A program made the position numbers and the translations under genes. Shown one piece after another: positions 21,840 to 24,000 of a stretch of DNA of 24,000 bases. The notes beneath the pieces were generated by a model that saw only the letters and a program-made list of their open reading frames with translations, was not told the DNA's origin and ran no database searches. Position 1 is the stretch's first letter, and each line of letters begins with the position of its first letter. The stretch covers positions 50,663-74,662 of the forward strand of contig CALSSD010000003.1 in the NCBI GenBank assembly GCA_943788915.1, in the 5' to 3' direction. This stretch comes from an uncultured Acidimicrobiales bacterium (lineage in GTDB: Bacteria > Actinomycetota > Acidimicrobiia > Acidimicrobiales > UBA10347).

Positions 21840-22916
21840 ATGACCCCATCTGACATCATCCCGAACAGCCCCGACGACATCTCCAGTGAATGGTTAACCG
21901 CGGTCCTCACGGCTGCTGGTTATGAGACCACCATCAGGAGTCTCCGCATCCGCCCCATCGGCACCGGTCAGATGGCCTCCAGCCTGCGGGTCACGCCTGT
22001 GTATACCGCAAGCAACGATGCTCCCAGGTCGGTCGTGGTGAAGATCGCGTCGAGCGATCCCAACAGCCGCCAAGCGGGTGCTCGAGGCGCGTATCTCAAG
22101 GAAGTGCGCTTCTATCAGGAATTGGCCCACACCTTGCCCGTAGCGACGCCGCGTTCGTTCTGGGCAGACATCGACACCGAAACCAACAACTTCGCCATCG
22201 TCCTCGAAGACATGCAACCAGCGGAACAGGGAGATCAAATCGCTGGCTGTGGCCCCGCAAGTGTGTACCTAGCGGCCACGAATATCGCGGGGCTTCATGC
22301 ACCTCATTGGTGCGACCACGGGTTGTTCGATCTGTCATGGCTCACAGCCCCACCGGCCGAACGCCATCAGGGGCACGCCGAAGTAAAGGCGATCGTGGCC
22401 ATGGTTACTCCCGGATTCATCGATCGTCACCGCGATCGCCTCACCCCCACTCACATTTCCCACCTCGAATGGTTCGCCGAGTCTCTTGACACCTGGCTCC
22501 TGAACGATGGCGGTCGCTTCGCTCTCACCCATGGTGATCATCGGGTTGACAATCTGCTGTTCTCGAACACGATGGAAGCCCCGCGGCCCGTGACCGTCGT
22601 CGACTGGCAGACCATCGCCGTCCGTAATCCTGTCGCTGACATCTCGTACCTACTCGGTACGAGTGTCGACCCGGCCACCCGACGCGAAATCGAAAACGGG
22701 GTGGTCCAGGAATACCATCAGGCGTTAGGTGAACGTGGCGTCGACAATTATGACTTCGACATGTGCTTCGACGACTACCGGAACCAGACGCCCCATGCGT
22801 TACTGCTCACGGTTCTCGGTTCGATGCTCACTGTGCAGACAGACCGCGGCGACGAAATGTTTATGGCCATGTTGCATCGCAGTAGTCAACAGATGACCGA
22901 TCTGGGCGTTCGCTGA
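21840..22916 (+). CDS. Phosphotransferase family protein (aminoglycoside phosphotransferase / ecdysteroid-kinase-like fold)
   Basis: ISSEWLTAVL...IRPIGTGQMASS (a glycine-rich-loop-like segment) is followed by the catalytic loop LTHGDHRVDNLLF and the metal-binding VVDWQT. I chose the start at ATG 21840 (MTPSDIIP...). ATG 21789 is the longer alternative. Confidence 0.83.
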   Translation: MTPSDIIPNSPDDISSEWLTAVLTAAGYETTIRSLRIRPIGTGQMASSLRVTPVYTASNDAPRSVVVKIASSDPNSRQAGARGAYLKEVRFYQELAHTLPVATPRSFWADIDTETNNFAIVLEDMQPAEQGDQIAGCGPASVYLAATNIAGLHAPHWCDHGLFDLSWLTAPPAERHQGHAEVKAIVAMVTPGFIDRHRDRLTPTHISHLEWFAESLDTWLLNDGGRFALTHGDHRVDNLLFSNTMEAPRPVTVVDWQTIAVRNPVADISYLLGTSVDPATRREIENGVVQEYHQALGERGVDNYDFDMCFDDYRNQTPHALLLTVLGSMLTVQTDRGDEMFMAMLHRSSQQMTDLGVR

Positions 22917-22983
22917 ACGCTCTTTCGTCAGCCACTTCTGATCACATACCTGCCGAACACACAACTGCCGATAACCTGCCGCC

Positions 22984-23598
22984 GTGGCTTCTTCTGACGT
23001 TCAGATTTGCGCAATCGCCGGCGGCTCAGGAGCTGGCAAGACTACGCTTGCAATCAAGCTCCTCGACCTTCTCGGTGGCCGAGGGTCTCACCACACCATC
23101 GACTGGTACTACCGAGACCTCACCCACCTCAGTCCTGGCGAACGGGCGGTGGTCAACTTCGACCATCCTGACTCACTTGAGGTTGAGCTGTTTGCCGAAC
23201 ATCTGGCGCTTCTTGCCGCTGGCCATGACGTAGATGCACCAGTGTACGACTTCGCGACCCACACTCGCACCACCGAAACCCAACGGGTCGAAGCTCGGGA
23301 CTGCATCGTGACCGAGGGTATTCATCTCCTTGGCCTCCCTGCGGTCCGCGAACAGTGTTCGTTGACGGCATTCATCGATGTCGATGCCAAACTTCGGCTG
23401 GCTCGCCGGATGCGCCGAGATGTGGCCGAGCGCGGCCGCACAGAAGAGAGCGTACGCGACCAGTGGCTTTCCACTGTCGCTCCTATGCACGATCAGTTCG
23501 TACAGCCAAGTTGTGCCTATGCCGATCGCGTCGTGCAGGTCAACGAGGATCTCGACGTTGTCGCCGAAGAACTACTGAAACGATTGTTGAACAGCTGA
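22984..23598 (+). CDS. udk: Uridine kinase
   Basis: ICAIAGGSGAGKTTLA (P-loop), VVNFDHPDSLEVELFAEHLALLAAGHDVDAPVYDFATHTR, IVTEGIHLL and FIDVDAKLRLARRMRRDVAERGRT together form the typical uridine/cytidine kinase pattern. The start is GTG. Confidence 0.88.
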   Translation: MASSDVQICAIAGGSGAGKTTLAIKLLDLLGGRGSHHTIDWYYRDLTHLSPGERAVVNFDHPDSLEVELFAEHLALLAAGHDVDAPVYDFATHTRTTETQRVEARDCIVTEGIHLLGLPAVREQCSLTAFIDVDAKLRLARRMRRDVAERGRTEESVRDQWLSTVAPMHDQFVQPSCAYADRVVQVNEDLDVVAEELLKRLLNS

Positions 23599-23605
23599 TT
23601 TCGGC

Positions 23606-23628
23606 AGCGAGAGGCAACGGTTCTCGCT
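23606..23628. terminator. Short hairpin between convergent genes; possible bidirectional terminator
   Basis: AGCGAGA (23606-23612) pairs with TCTCGCT (23622-23628) around a 9-nt loop, inside the 36-nt gap between the udk stop and the CoA-transferase stop. There is no U-tract, so the support is weak. Confidence 0.3.
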
Positions 23629-23634
23629 AGCGCT

Positions 23635-24000
23635 TCACGCTTCCGGACCAGCAATAACCTTGCGGTCGTGTAATCCAGCGATTTCACCGGTCGACAGTCC
23701 CAATAGTTCCTCGAGGATCTGATCGGTGTCCGCGCCTAGCACTGGGGCTGGCGGCACTACGACGTGATCATCGGCGCTAAACCGCAGCGGGGATCCGGCG
23801 CTGAGCACCGACCCCACGCCCGGTTGGTCGACGCGTTGGAACATCGGATTTTCGGTCGAACAACGAGCGTCGTTGTTCACCATGCCCAGGAAGTCGCTGT
23901 ATTGACCCCAGCAGCAGCCGTGCGCATCAAACAACTCTGCCACCCGTGCCATTGGCGTTCGTTCAGCAAACGCCTCCACCAAGGGAAAGAGTCGATCACG
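23635..24000 (-). CDS. Family III CoA-transferase (CaiB/BaiF type), C-terminal part only; the gene starts beyond the right edge
   Basis: The minus-strand frame is open from 24000 (RDRLFPLVEAFAERTPMARVAELFDAHG...). It ends ...GSPLRFSADDHVVVPPAPVLGADTDQILEELLGLSTGEIAGLHDRKVIAGPEA*, the characteristic C-terminus of this family (P.rfs ... aP.lG.hT..iL.e.lG.s..ei..L....vi). Confidence 0.83.
   Translation of the reverse strand, partial: RDRLFPLVEAFAERTPMARVAELFDAHGCCWGQYSDFLGMVNNDARCSTENPMFQRVDQPGVGSVLSAGSPLRFSADDHVVVPPAPVLGADTDQILEELLGLSTGEIAGLHDRKVIAGPEA

Noticed and set aside
1-24000. Mobile elements, prophage or defence islands (transposase, integrase, terminal inverted repeats, tRNA attachment sites, restriction or toxin-antitoxin genes)
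   Set aside because: No ORF in any frame shows DDE, tyrosine- or serine-recombinase, nuclease or toxin-like motifs that I could recognise. No tRNA gene is present. Apart from short intergenic dips, base composition looks uniform by eye.

Overview
High-GC, densely coding chromosomal segment. WhiB, an Rpf-like transglycosylase, a mycoredoxin-type glutaredoxin and a Cys-rich ferrochelatase point to Actinomycetota, possibly Acidimicrobiia (inference only). Bases 1-8108 are one co-directional minus-strand block: long M16 zinc peptidase (runs off the left edge, N-terminus apparently split by a frameshift), a membrane protein carrying a perfect 24-bp x4 in-frame repeat, moaC, a frameshifted moaA with a long structured leader, ferrochelatase, a Nei-type DNA glycosylase, an HTH + B12-binding-domain regulator, and WhiB. 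The most unusual part is 8339-18261. An Rpf-like muralytic gene is followed by two very large polytopic membrane proteins. Converging on them is a mycoredoxin gene plus a 1490-aa membrane giant. Two of the three big proteins match what I remember of the function-unknown, co-occurring TIGR03663 and TIGR03662/DUF2298 (YYY) families, and the third looks like a divergent paralog. All three have GT-C-glycosyltransferase-like features, so this is my candidate for an undescribed envelope glycosylation or polymerisation system. The right part is ordinary: ABC-F ATPase, NfuA-like Fe-S protein, DUF2510 membrane protein, APH/EcKL-type kinase, uridine kinase and a truncated family III CoA-transferase. One exception is a 15-bp x5 tandem array that fills a convergent intergenic gap. 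I saw no rRNA, tRNA, CRISPR array, transposase or integrase. All family assignments come from reading motifs by eye; no searches were run.
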